A stretch of DNA of 64,000 bases from Octopus vulgaris (lineage: Eukaryota). Below are positions 38,017 through 49,980 of this stretch, in pieces (the stretch's first letter is position 1; every line of letters begins with the position of its first letter). The notes under the pieces are model-generated. The model did not search any database, was not told the DNA's origin, and was given only the letters and a program-made list of their open reading frames with translations. The position numbers and the translations under genes were made by a program. The DNA lies in the NCBI GenBank assembly GCA_951406725.2, contig OX597837.1, forward strand, positions 38,812,001 to 38,876,000, written 5' to 3'.

Positions 38017-38819
38017 GGCGATCCTTTGTTTTAACTCGAAATAATGTAATCACTGAATCGGTCATTTCCGTGACCACATGTCTTGTCAATTTGGAATAGA
38101 AAGCTAAATGGGTTGTGCGTGCTTGTTCCTGTGTGTGTGTGTGTGTGTGTGTGTGCGAGCGCGTGCTTGTTCCTCTGTGTATGTGTGTGTGTGCGAGCGC
38201 GTGCTTGTTCTGTGTATATACTCTTTACTCTTTACTTGTTTCAGTCATTTGACTGCGGCCATGCTGGAGCACCGCCTTTAGTCGAAGAAATCGACCCCCA
38301 GGACTTATTCTTTGTAAGCCTAGTACTTATTCTATCGGTCTCTTTTGCCGAACCGCTAAGTTACGGGGACGTAAACACACCAGCATCGGTTGTCAAGCGA
38401 TGCTAGGGGGACAAACACAGACACACACACACACATATATACATATATACTACGGCTTTCTTTCAGTTTCCGTCTACCAAATCCACTCACAAGGCTTTGG
38501 TTGGCCCAGGGCTATAGTAGAAGACACTTGACCAAGGTGCCACGCAGTGGGACTGAACCCGGAACCATGTGGTTGGTAAGCAAGCTACTTACCACACAAC
38601 CACTCCTGCGCCTATATGTGTGTCTGTTCTGTTTTTTTTTTTTTTGTATTTGTTGTGGAATGTTGAAATAACACACAGGAACAAACACACACACACACAC
38701 ACGACAAGCACGATCGCACAACCCATTCGCTTTCTCTTCCAAATTGACAAGACAACATGTGGTCACGGAAATGACCGATTCAGTGTTTACATTATTTCGA
38801 GTTAAAACGAAAGATTGCC
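38017..38819. mobile_element. Long-TIR Merlin-like MITE containing a SINE A
   Basis: ~110-bp inverted arms beginning GGC(G/A)ATC.TT.GTTTTAACTCG; shares CCGATTCAGTGTTTACATT with the MITE at 35369-35864; TSD not evident. Confidence 0.65.
38221..38612 (-). mobile_element. SINE family A (full length)
   Basis: Reverse complement of family A. Confidence 0.9.
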
Positions 38820-39004
38820 TATTTTTAGAGGAAAATGTGTGATGTAAGGGAGATCTGGCTGTTGTTTCTAGCACATCACAAGATCTCCCTCCTTGTTTCT
38901 TTCTCACTCTCACACCTATTGATGTTTTTCAATATCTTTCGGAAAGACTTCCTCCTCCCCCACACCATTTTCTCGCAAATTATTCTTTAAAAAAATTTTT
39001 ATGT

Positions 39005-39457
39005 CAAAACCCCATGTTTTTGGATAGGGAGATTCCAGAAAATTGCCAAAAATCGGAATTTTGAAATTTTTTGCCCCCACCCCTTCTCCTCAATTTCTTC
39101 ATATTTCACTTTTTTCCATCACCCTAACTCTAAAACCCAACCCTAACCCTAACCTATCCCTAAAACCCCAACCCTATCTCTAAAACCCTAACCCTCAAAC
39201 CCTAACCCTAGCTGTAATTAGAAAAATTTTTGTAAATTTTTTCAGAATCGTAATCTCTGTATTTTTCTGCATATTTTGACAAAACAAAAATTTGTGAAAT
39301 AAAAATTTACAAAAATTTTTGGGAATTTTTTCCAGAAAAAAAAAAAATTTCTGAAAAAAGTTAAAAATGAAGAACGGATGGGGTGTAATTTCAAAATCCC
39401 GATTTTTGCCAATTTTTTTGCAGATTCGTATTCTCCCTAGTCGAAAATGGGGGTTTG
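39005..39457. mobile_element. TIR element with internal telomere-like (CCCTAA)n repeats
   Basis: Imperfect ~65-bp inverted ends (CCAAAAATCGGAATTTTGAAATT / AATTTCAAAATCCCGATTTTTGCC); degenerate CCCTAA repeats at 39120-39210. Confidence 0.6.
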
Positions 39458-39765
39458 TGTAGAACAAAAGAAATTAAATAAAAAAAGAAAAGGGGTGTTA
39501 TTGGGGGTGTACAAAAGGACATCTTGTCTAGTTTTCTTCCCATGAACACATTTTATGGAATGATGATGCCAAAGTAACACATGCATTTAAATGGTAATTT
39601 AAATTTTGACTCTCACTTCCAACCAAATGAGTCCTTGTATTTGTAAGAAAAAAACATTTTCTAACAGAAAATTGTTATCAAAATAAATCATGTGTTACTT
39701 ACCTCTTTTTAAAAACACTCTGGATATAACCTAATCAAGCTCTTCAATATTTTAGAATTATATTA

Positions 39766-40167
39766 GGAGTAGTAGTGGCTGTGTGGTAAGTAGCTTGCTC
39801 ACCAACCTCATGGTTCCGGGTTCAGTCCCACTGTGTGGCACCTTGGGCAAGTGTCTTCTACTATAGCCTCGGGCCGACCAAAACCTTGTGAGTGGTTTTG
39901 GTAGACGGAAACTGAAAGAAGCCTGTCGTATATATATGTATATATATGTGTGTGTATGTTTGTGTGTCTGTGTTTGTCCCCCCAAACATCGTTTGACAAC
40001 CGATGCTGGTGTGTTTGCGTCCCCGTAACTTAGCGGTTCAGCAAAAGAGACTGATAGAATAAGTACTAGGCTTACAAAGTATAAGTCCTGGGGGTTGATT
40101 TGCTCGACTAAAGGTGGTGCTCCAGCATGGCCACAGTCAAATGACTGAAACAAGTAAAAGAGTAAAG
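39766..40167 (+). mobile_element. SINE family A
   Basis: Family A sequence just upstream of the CARD exon. Confidence 0.9.
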
Positions 40168-40459
40168 AAACAAGTGGGGGAAGGGAGTGGGGCTAAAAAA
40201 AATCATAAATTTTCAAATTTTTTTTATAGTATGTGTTTTTATGTATGCGTTGAATTATGTATCCTCACCACTGGGCCAATCTTCTATTCATTCCCCACCC
40301 TTTTCACAATATTTATTTATTTGTTTTGGTTATCTTTCAGATACCCAGAATCTACAACCTTTTGAGAAATTCTGTCATTGCTGGTAGTGATAGAATAGAA
40401 AGAAATGGAATCTAAGAGAAAGAAAGATCTCTCGCAATCGCAGAAAAACAAGGAATTTT

Positions 40460-40931
40460 ATGTATGTAAAAAGTAGAAATGTAACGAGCATTCCTGAGCA
40501 AGGGAACTTTTCAACAGGCATCCATAATGCTTTGCCGAGTACATCAGGCACTTTACAGGTCACCGAGGAACTTCACGATGCGAGCAATTCACAGCTGAGG
40601 CCATACGTTGATGACTCATCAGATGATGATATAGAGATAATGAGTCCAGAACACAAGAGGCGCCTGAATGACTGTTCTGTGAAATTGGTGGAAAATATGA
40701 TTCCTGATGAAGTGCTCAATTTTTTATTGGCAAAGAAAGTATTAACAAACTATGAGATGGACACAGTTAAAAGTAAGGGAATCCGTATGGCTATGAATGA
40801 AATGCTCATTTCTTTGGTGACCTGCAAGCCAGATAAAGCATTTAGTGTACTTGTAGAGGCCCTGAAGAGATCTGGGCAAAAGCATTTGGCCAAGTTACTG
40901 ACATCTACCGAGTATCGAAAACGGAAACCAG
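40460..40931 (+). CDS. CARD + TRADD-N-like protein, first coding exon (CARD at ~40640-40900)
   Basis: MSPEHKRRLNDCSVKLVENMIPDEVLNFLLAKKVLT...KPDKAFSVLVEALKRSGQKHLAKLL fits the six-helix CARD pattern; acceptor TTTCAG at 40340, in-frame stops at 40385-40393, donor CAG|GTAATT in phase 1. Confidence 0.85.
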
Positions 40932-41260
40932 GTAATTTCTTCACATACAAATACAGACACACTCTTTCTTTCATAAACACTCCACAACACTTCCCCTTAC
41001 AAACATACACTCTGTCTTTTTACACATGCACACGCACACACACACACACACACACACACTGAGGCATACATAGCTCCAGCTCCTTGCATTTCACACTACT
41101 ATTGAAAATCAGTTAATTGTGAAACCGGTTAAGTAAATGCAACTAAATCTTCTTAAAGATACCAAGTTCATTTTCAATCTTTATCCTCTTTATACCTCCA
41201 CATGTGTAAAGAAAACCCTTATGTACACACATACACCCACATGAAACATATATATATATA

Positions 41261-41438
41261 TCATCATCATCATCATCATCATTTAGCGCCCGCTTTCCAT
41301 GCTGGCATGGGTTGGACGATGCAACTGGGGTCTGGGAAGCCAGAAGGCTGCACCAGGCTTAGTCTGATCTGGCAATGTTTCTACGGCTGGATGCCCTTCC
41401 TAACGCCAACCACTCCATGAGTGTAGTGAGTGCTTTTT
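41261..41438 (-). mobile_element. RTE-family 3' terminal module with (GAT)n tail
   Basis: GGTTGGCGTTAGGAAGGGCATCCAGC...GCATGGAAAGCGG..(GAT)n; the same module follows RTE ORFs at 42400-42565 and 52735-52810. Confidence 0.75.
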
Positions 41439-41544
41439 ACAAAAGAATAAGTCCCGGGGTCGAGTTGCTCGATTAAAGGCGGTGCTCCAGCATGGCCGCA
41501 GTCAAATGACTGAAACAAGTAAAATAGTAAAAGAGAGAGAGTTT

Positions 41545-42565
41545 CTGTTACTTAGGATGTTGTTCCAAAAGCGTAACTGCTAGAATAAGAATAGAATGGG
41601 CAAAGTTCAGAGAGCTACTACCTCTGCTAGTAACGAAGGGGCCTCTTCCTCAGAGTGAAAGGTAGGTTGTATGACGTCTGTGTATGAACAGCTATGCTAC
41701 ATAGCAGTGAAACACGGGCTGTGACTACTGAGACTTGAGAGAAATGAAGCCAGTATGCTCTGCTGGATTGGTAATGTCAATGTGCATATATGACAGAGTG
41801 TAGGTGATTTGTGAGAAAAACTGGATATACAAGGCATCAGATGTAGTGTGCAAGAGAGAAGACTGTGCTGGTACAATCATGTAATGCATATGAATGAAGG
41901 GTTGCATCAAGTGATACCAGTCTCTAATTGTGGAATAAAGTGGTTAGAAAGTAATCTTAAGGCATTGGGCCTAATAGAGGAGATCCCAGAGGTTTGCTGT
42001 GCTTGAGGTGACAAATCAAGCTATGTAAAATCACGGTTGTCCTTGCATACAAGCACGTCCCCTAGATCACTCTTCAGTTGAGTATCCCTAATCTTGAGGG
42101 CTTGCAAGTGCTAGTGTCATGTAAAAAGCACCTATACCTATTTCTTTACTACTCACAAGGGGCTAGACACAGAGGTTACAAACAAGGACAGACAAACAGA
42201 TTAAGTCGATTACATCAACCCCAGTGCGTAACTGGTACTTAATTTATCGACCCCGAAAGGATGAAAGGCAAAGTCGACCTCGGCGGAATTTGAACTCAGA
42301 ACGTAACAGCAGACGAAATACGGCTACGCATTTCACCTAGTGAGCTAACATTTCTGCCAGCTCGCTGCCTTAAAAAGCACCTATACCAGTGCCACATAAA
42401 AGCAGCCAGAACTCTTTGTAAAGTGGTTGGCTTCAGGAAGGGCATCAAGTCATAGAAACCTTGCCTAAACACACAGGGAGCCTGGTCAGTTCTTCAGTTG
42501 GTTATCTCCTGTCAAACCAGCCAACCCATGCAGTATGAAAAACAGACATATGATGATGATGATGA
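41545..42565 (+). mobile_element. Decayed RTE LINE 3' part, interrupted by a SINE B
   Basis: ARIRIEWAKFRELLPLL homology to 57860-57910; (GAT)n tail. Confidence 0.75.
42139..42370 (-). mobile_element. SINE family B with TSD
   Basis: TAAAAAGCACCTATACC at 42122-42138 and 42371-42387. Confidence 0.9.
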
Positions 42566-42924
42566 TTATGTGATTAAGAATCTCGCTTTGAAACTGAATG
42601 GCATTGGGTTCAGTTCTAGTGCACAGCACCATGGGCAATTGCCTCTACTATAGCCCCAAGCTGACCAATGCCATGTGAGGGAATTTGGTAGAATGAAATT
42701 GCGAGCAAGCCACTCACTCACACACACACATTCACATGAGTGTGTGTTTGCATTTGTCCCCTTACTACCACTAGACAATCTACTGTTGGTTTGTTTACAT
42801 CCCCTTAACTTAGTGATTAAACAGAAGAAGGAAAATAAGTTTTGGTTTAAGTTTCTTTAGCTAAGGTGGTGCCCCAGAATGACTGCAGTCCAACGACTGA
42901 AAGTGAAATATAAAAAATGATATA

Positions 42925-43670
42925 CATCATCATCATCATCATCATCATCACCATTTAGCGTCCGCTTTCCATGCTGGCATGAGTTGGACAGGTCAACTGG
43001 GGTCTGGGAAGCCAGAAGGCTGCACCAGGCCCAGTCTGATCTGGCAATGTTTCTACGGCTGGATGCCCTTCCTAATGCCAACCACTCCATGAGTGCAGTC
43101 GGTGCTTTTTACATTTAATGTCCGTTTTCTATGCTAGCATGGGTTGGAATATATATATATATATAAATGGCTATTTCTTGCACCAGCTTCACATAGAAGC
43201 CTCAGCCCATCTAAAGTGCCTTGGATTGCAGGACGGCCTGCACTGCTTACCTTGGATCGTAGGGCGACCTGCTGTGCTTGAGGAGACCTATTGAGTCAAG
43301 TACATCAACAACAAAAAATGAAATGGAAATTGTAATTGTGATACCTGTGCCGGTGGCACGTTAAAAGCACCATCCGAACGTGGCCAATGCCAGAGCCGCC
43401 TTGACTGGCTTCCGTGCCAGTGGCATGTAAAATGCACCAACTGATCATGGCCGTTGCCAGCCTCCCCTGGCACCTGTGCCGGTGGCACGTAAAATGCACC
43501 CACTCCACTCACGGAGTGGTTGGTGTTAGGAAGGGCATCCAGCTGTAGAAACACTGCCAGATCAGACTGGAGCCTGGTCCAGCCTCCTGGCTTCCCAGAC
43601 CCCGGTTGAACCATCGAAACTATACTAGCATGGAAAACGGACGGTAAACGATGATGATGATGATGATGAT
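42925..43670. mobile_element. Two RTE 3' modules in opposite orientation
   Basis: Minus copy ~42925-43115 and plus copy ~43200-43670, each ending in (GAT)n. Confidence 0.7.
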
Positions 43671-44363
43671 ATATATAGGAGAATTTGTTTTTGAAAATGC
43701 ACATGGTTAAATGTTCACAGAATTCGATGACAGAGTTAGATAATATCAAAAATGATCTTCAAAGAGTATTAAAAATGTGGATTACTGAAAGTTTGGTCAT
43801 AACGAGTTATTATAGAATATGTGGACGAGAGAAAGAAGAAGAGAAGGGAGTAAAAAAAAAAAGGTTTGTTTTTACAGTTTCTATCATACATGGCATTCTG
43901 CTTTTTGGAATTAGTTTATATACATGTTTTTCCACGAATGGACCTAATTTTTGAATCATTATAATTCTTATGACATCTTATTCTTCCTGGGGGTCAAGTT
44001 TGGCATTCTACCTGGTTGACTTTGTTGAAGGGAATGGCGATCAATCTTTCCGGTTGGTTCATTCTCTTAAAGGGTCAGTTTGTTTTTTTACTGAGCATCT
44101 GGTTCTGATCAGAGGTAAAATTTCATTGGTCTAGAGATAGGTGACATCAACAATTGACGTTTGAGAAGGTGTATGGTGTTATTGTTATCACTACCAGATA
44201 TATATATATATATTTCGATGGGTGAATAAATTATCCTATGTTTACTGTCAACATGGAAAATTCGATGAACCGATACCAGGGTAGCAAATTCACATCAGAA
44301 ACATGGTTGAAGCGACCTATCCAAAGGTAGAAACTCTGGGTTCATGTGCAGAAATTTGTGTGT

Positions 44364-44597
44364 TATATATGAATAAATAAATAAATGGAGTTGAACGAAG
44401 ATGTTAATAAAATTCTTTTACTTTCGACATATGTTTCGAAGACAACATGGTTTTATTCCAAAGGAATAAACGGTGTAAGATGCAATCTTCTCATCAGGAA
44501 AGAAAGGGAGCCTCTCTGTCTTCGAAACATATGTTGAAAGTAAAGGAATTTTATTAACATCTTCGTTCAACTCCATTTATTTATTTATTCATATATA
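44364..44597. repeat. Near-perfect ~80-bp inverted repeat (Penelope-like pLTR fold-back)
   Basis: ATGAATAAATAAATAAATGGAGTTGAACGAAGATGTTAATAAAA...GAAGACA is mirrored at 44517-44597. Confidence 0.9.
44421..44502 (-). ncRNA. Minimal type I hammerhead ribozyme (Penelope/retrozyme type)
   Basis: CTTTC-CTGATGA-GAAGA...TCTTC-GAAAC-ATAT-GTC-GAAAG: all core nucleotides present, 5-bp stem I, at least 5-bp stem II, palindromic ACATATGT stem III, GUC triplet. Confidence 0.8.
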
Positions 44598-44601
44598 TAT
44601 A

Positions 44602-44812
44602 TATTTCTTTACTACCCACAAGGGGCTAAACACAGAGGGGACAAACAAGGACAGACAAAGGGATTAAGTCGATTTACATCGAGACCCAGTACACCACAGG
44701 TACTTTATTTATCGACCCCGAAAGGATGAAAGGCAAAGTCGACCTCGGCGGAATATGAACTCAGAACGTAACGACAGACGAAATACCGCTAACGTTTCTG
44801 CCAGCTTGCCGC
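44602..44812 (-). mobile_element. SINE family B
   Basis: Reverse complement of family B. Confidence 0.85.
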
Positions 44813-45149
44813 CATACATATATATATATAATGAATAAGTGGGGATAGATTCTCCAGGCTGGTATCATTTGAGCGCTCGATTATAATCCGGGTTGTGGCT
44901 AACACTGTATTTCATTCAATGGGTATATACTGGGTTTGCTTCGCAAGATTATCAATATTTTACCATGTGTATATCTAAGACAATTACAATGAATATGGAG
45001 ATTTGTACATCTGCATATTCTTTTATTTCCATAGTCAATTGTACAACATATTTGCTTTAAACTTATCCAACACATTTCTGCTGCATAGACATCGAGCAAT
45101 TGCATTTGCATCTAGTTACTTTCAACTGATTATTAGTCTGCAACTTTAA

Positions 45150-45370
45150 CCCTTTTGATACCAACCCGGCTGAACCCACCTCTGGCTCTGAGTACAAATG
45201 TCTTGTTTTCATAAGTTTTGAATTAAAATCTTCCACCAAACCTTAGTCACAATTTATGTTCCTAACACTAGCTTAATAATAACTAAGTTATTTTACTAAA
45301 TTCTTTGTCACATTTAAAATCAATCGAAAGAAACACAGAGCATCTCAACAGAAATATGGTAACAAAAGGG
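45150..45370. mobile_element. piggyBac-type MITE, copy 1
   Basis: TTAA TSDs; TIR CCCTTTTGATACCA / TGGTAACAAAAGGG. Confidence 0.9.
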
Positions 45371-45494
45371 TTAATCTTTTTCACTCTGTGGAATCTTCAC
45401 AGGTCCCATTAATATTGATGTTGAAGATATGAAAGGTGAAGATGACCTCAACAGCAATAAAATCATTCTTCCTTTCTTAAATAGCTTCTCTTAA

Positions 45495-45696
45495 CCCTTT
45501 CGTTAACAACCCGGCTGAATCTGGCTCTGTAGTACAAATGTCTTGTTTTCAAAAGTTCTGAATTAAAATCTTCCACCAAACCTTAGTCACAATTTATGTT
45601 CCTAACACGAGCTGAATGATAATTAAGTTATTTTACTAAATTATTTATTATATTTAAAGTAATTGAAAGAAACACAGCATCTCAAAATAAATAGGG
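45495..45696. mobile_element. piggyBac-type MITE, copy 2
   Basis: TTAA|CCC ... GGG|TTAA; internal sequence nearly identical to copy 1; right TIR partly deleted. Confidence 0.85.
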
Positions 45697-46639
45697 TTAA
45701 GCAAGGTCCATCCACAGATATGGTTCAAAATGAACTAAGTGTATGTAGGCTTAGCTAGCATTATTTTCTTAGGTTACTATAGTTTTTGCGTGCAAAGAAT
45801 GTGAGTGAAGGATTTGGAATCCTGAATTGCTATAAAAACTGCTATGGGGTTGACCTTATCCTGACCCTAGGTTTGAAATTCAAATTGAGACTACTAGATC
45901 TTTTAATTCAAAGTATATTATTTAAAAAGCCTGAGCCTTAATTGGATTATGAATTAGTGATCTTCAGATATTGTGTACAATTATCGGTTACTAAACCAGA
46001 CATAATTAAATATTGAGGTACACCGGATATCCTTTCTCCCACCACCATTAACTGTGTCTATTCTCCCAGACCCTCCTCCTCACTGTGCTGTTCTCTACAT
46101 ATTACCTGCACTCTCTCTTTCTCTATCTCTCTACTGAGACAAACACAACCAGGTTATCTGCCTACCTACTTACCCGGCTAGCTTTCGTTTCATTTTCATT
46201 CAGTCTAGAAACATGCCAACAACTACCCAGGAATTTACCTTGGCCTTATCAAGTGAAGGAGAATGCTATTCAACTGTCCACGTGTGCTTGTTCATGTGTG
46301 TGGGTGTGTTTGTGTGTATGAAGGAATCAGCTTGTTTCCTCTCTCTCTGTCTGAACCCTTCCCTGTTGGTGGTACCCTACATTATACCCGCAATCCTCTT
46401 CTTCCTGCACAAACGCAACCAGTTTTAGCTGACTCCCTCCTAACCTAACATTGGAATATCCATATTTTTGCTACACAACTTAAATCGACACCATTCGATG
46501 ACCATAATGCTTATACTTACAACACTGCTAACACCAGCTCCTACCTCCAGTGTATTGTGTTATTGTGGTTTTGAAACATAGGAGGAAAACTGTTACTAAA
46601 GTTTTCAAATTATGTCTGTGTATCTGATTGCTTTTTTTC

Positions 46640-46985
46640 TGTGGAGAAATTGAGTGTTTTTCTTCTTTTTAAAGGATATTTAGTTGTGGTTTATATTTTT
46701 AATGATATGCTTTCCTTATTCAATTGGAATTGGGTTGAAGTGTTTCCAGTGCATTGATAGAGAGAGACGATTTGGTATTTTGGGTTTATGTTTGCAGGGC
46801 ATTGGTCTAAGTGTTTGCTTATGGGAATTTTCCTGGTCATGGGGTCCCAGATTTGTTGCTTGTATACCGTCAGTCTGTCCCTCAAGGTCAAACTAGTCTG
46901 ACTTATGTAGTCTCCATCACACCCACCATATTTGAGGACATAGAGTAAGTTCTTCAAAGCACAGGTGCTGTTTTTGTCTATTTTC
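46640..46985 (-). pseudogene. Penelope-like element GIY-YIG endonuclease remnant
   Basis: KNLLYVLKYGGCDGDYISQTSLTLRDRLTVYKQQI...ISKHLDQC matches the PLE (IY..C..C...YIGQT...R...H) pattern. Confidence 0.75.
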
Positions 46986-47086
46986 TTGATATTTTGTGGT
47001 GGGAAAACTAATAGTAAATATTTTAAAACTAAAAAAAAAAAACTAAGAAAAAAAATATCAAAAGAGCTTGTTTATTTTTCTTGCAG

Positions 47087-47536
47087 GGGAGATAAGCGTG
47101 CAAGTTGACATTGAGAACATAGCCAGTTCTGACAGTAAAGGAAAAGAGTGCTTAAGTGAGATGTATAATGTAATGAAGTCATTGCTCAGCAGCATCAATT
47201 GGCAAGACTACTCTCCTGAATCTCATAAAGAGTTTATGAAACAATTTGATGATATATACAAGCGCTGTAAAAAGATTGCCAAGCTTCAAAGATTTCTATT
47301 CAGCAAAGACCGGGCATTTACTGATATTACAAATGGAAGTATCCATCTCTGGTTCCATTGCTATACAATGAATGGTTTGTTAGATCTTTGGAAAATGTAC
47401 AAAAGTGGGAAGATTCTCCACCTTCTCCAGGAGTGTCTTATCAAACCAGATATAAAGCAGAAATTTCACCCGAAGATAAGAGTGAGAATAATTGATGAAG
47501 AATTTCAACAGTGTTATCAAGAATTATCTGGGCAAT
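47087..47536 (+). CDS. CARD + TRADD-N-like protein, exon encoding the TRADD-N-like domain
   Basis: Acceptor TTTTTCTTGCAG and donor AAT|GTAAGC, 450 nt, phase 1-1; GSIHLWFHCYTMNGLLDLWKMYKSGKILHLLQECL...IRVRIIDEEFQQC resembles the TRADD-N motif. Confidence 0.82.
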
Positions 47537-48148
47537 GTAAGCTTGACCATGTTTTCTAATGCTCTGAAACTTTTTTTTTACTTCACATTGTTTCTTTGTT
47601 AAATATTCAGGATGAAGCACAATTATATCTATCTATCTATCTATCTGTCTATCTATCTGTCTACATATCTATCCTTCTGTCTATTTGTCTACATATCTAT
47701 CCTTCTGTCTATCTGTCTATCTATCTATCTGTCTATCTATCTATCTGTCTATCTATATATCTGTCTGTCTTTCTATCTGTCTGTCTATCTGTCTATCTAT
47801 CTGTCTGTCCGTCTGTCTATTGTATTCTTATTCGTGTAACATCGTCCGTTTTTCCGTCCTTGTTTTGTATACATTCGAGGCTTTCTTCCAAGGAATCTAA
47901 TGCGCTTGGCTTAGATTTTCCTTTGGGGCTGGCCAGGTCGGAGCAATCAGATGATCCGGTTTTTGACTGAAGATTGAAGGCTTCGAATGTCCCGTCTGTG
48001 TTTTTTGTCTCGTCTTCTAAATGTTTTGCGTTCTTGTCCCAGTTTATATTTTCTTACATATATATATATATAGCGGCACCCGTACCCTTTTGGTCTTATT
48101 TATATATCTGTCTATCTATATATCTGTCTGTCTATCTATCTATCTATC

Positions 48149-48181
<33 letters not shown>

Positions 48182-48182
48182 G

Positions 48183-48214
<32 letters not shown>

Positions 48215-48461
48215 CACATATATACACACACACACATGTATACACTTAAATGCATGCACATATATACATACACACGTGTGCCTGTGGGTGTTTGTGCAAC
48301 CGGTGTTGGTGTGTTTACATCTCTGTAAGCCAGTGGGTCAGCTTAAGGGACTGATAGAATAAGTACCAGGCTTAAAAGTAATTCCTGGAGTAAATTCATC
48401 TGACTAAAATTCTTCCAGCACAGCCACAGTCTAATGACTAAAACAAGTAAAAGGATGAAAG

Positions 48462-48521
<60 letters not shown>

Positions 48522-48523
<2 letters not shown>

Positions 48524-48915
48524 GAGTGGCTGTGTGGTAAGTAGCTTGCTTACCAACCACATAGTTCCGGGTTCAATCCCACTGCGTGGCACCTTGTGCA
48601 AGTGTCTTCTACTATAGCCTCGGGCCGACCAAAGCCTTGTGAGTGGATCTGGTAGACAGAAACTGAAAGAAGCCCATCGCATCTATGTATATATATGTAT
48701 GTGTGCGTGTGTATTTGTGTGTCTGTGTTTGTCCCCCTAGCATTGCTTGACAACCGATGCTGGTGTGTTTACGTCCCCGTCACTTAGCGGTTCGGCAAAA
48801 GAGACCGATAGAATAAGTACTGCGCTTACAGAGAATAATTCCCGGGGTCGAGTTGCTCGACTAGAGACGGTGCTCCAGCATGGCTGCAGTCAAATGACTG
48901 AAACAAGTAAAAGAA
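48522..48915 (+). mobile_element. SINE family A
   Basis: Family A sequence. Confidence 0.9.
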
Positions 48916-48918
48916 TAT

Positions 48919-49980
48919 ATGTAGCGTCATCTTGTAAATAATGCTGTCTTTTCAGTTGCATGAACTAAAAGTTGGCGGGAGACAGGATAACAAAAGCAGG
49001 TTGTAATTTTACCATGTACTTATTCTTTGTGCAAGTTTTGAAGAGTTCAGTTATTTTTTCAAAGCTATAATGGAAATGACAAAGGAACATATTCGGCATA
49101 TTTTGCTTTATGAGTTCAATAAAGGCAAACAACGCAACAGAAAGTGCAAGGAATGTTAATGCAGCATACAGCGATCGGACAAGTGTAATCCAGTGTCAAC
49201 AGTGGTTCCAGAAATTCTGAGATGGAAACTACAGCCTAGAAAACGAGCCTCACCCTGAAAGATCTGTAGAGGTTGACGATGATGTCCTGCAAAACATGGT
49301 GGAACAAAATCCTGTTGTAATTGTTGAAGAACTAGCAGAGAAGCTTGGATTTGGTCATTCAACCATTCATCGACATCTCTGTGCCATCAGAAAAGTCAGC
49401 AAATTCAGTCAATGGGTTCCTCACAAAATTTCCGAGTCTAATCGCGTGCAGAGAGTGAATGTGTGCTCTTCTTTGCTGTCACATCTCATCACTGAACCAT
49501 TTTTGGACTGAAGAGTGACTGGTGACGAGAAATGGGCTCTCTTCAAAAATGTCAAGCCCCGAAGACAGTGGGTAGGGAAAGGAGAAACACTGGTTAAAGA
49601 AGGTCTTCACCCTTGTAAGGTGTTGTTATTTGTTTGGTGGGATGTGAAAGGTTTAATCCACTTTGAACTTTTGAACCAAATGATAACAAGGGAGATCTAC
49701 TGTGAGCAGCTTGAGTTGCTTAAGTCAGCACTAGAAGAAAAATTACCATCTTTGGTTTGAAGACGAAAGGTGTTCTTCCATCAGGATAATGCTCGGCCAT
49801 ATACAGTGACGATGACATTCTAAAGGCTGGAGCAGTTTGAATGGGAAATGATGCCCCACCCACCATATTTGCTGGACGTCGCCCCATCTGATTATCATTT
49901 ATTCAGCAGTCTTCAGAATCATTTGGACGGAAAAAATATGAATTCTGTAGATGAGGTCAGAACAGTACTGGAAGAGTATT
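48919..49980 (+). mobile_element. Decayed mariner (same family as 11545-12152), 3'-truncated
   Basis: ATG at 49070 MEMTKEHIRHILLYEFNKG; WVPHK, VTGDEKW, HQDNARP and LDVAPSDYHLF motifs with stops and frameshifts. Confidence 0.88.

Noticed and set aside
40932-41062. C-terminal extension of the 200-aa CARD ORF (NFFTYKY...THTH)
   Set aside because: Intron read-through past a good donor site into (CA)n.
43690-44190. Possible decayed retroelement RT on the minus strand
   Set aside because: Only a faint motif resemblance; too degenerate to support.
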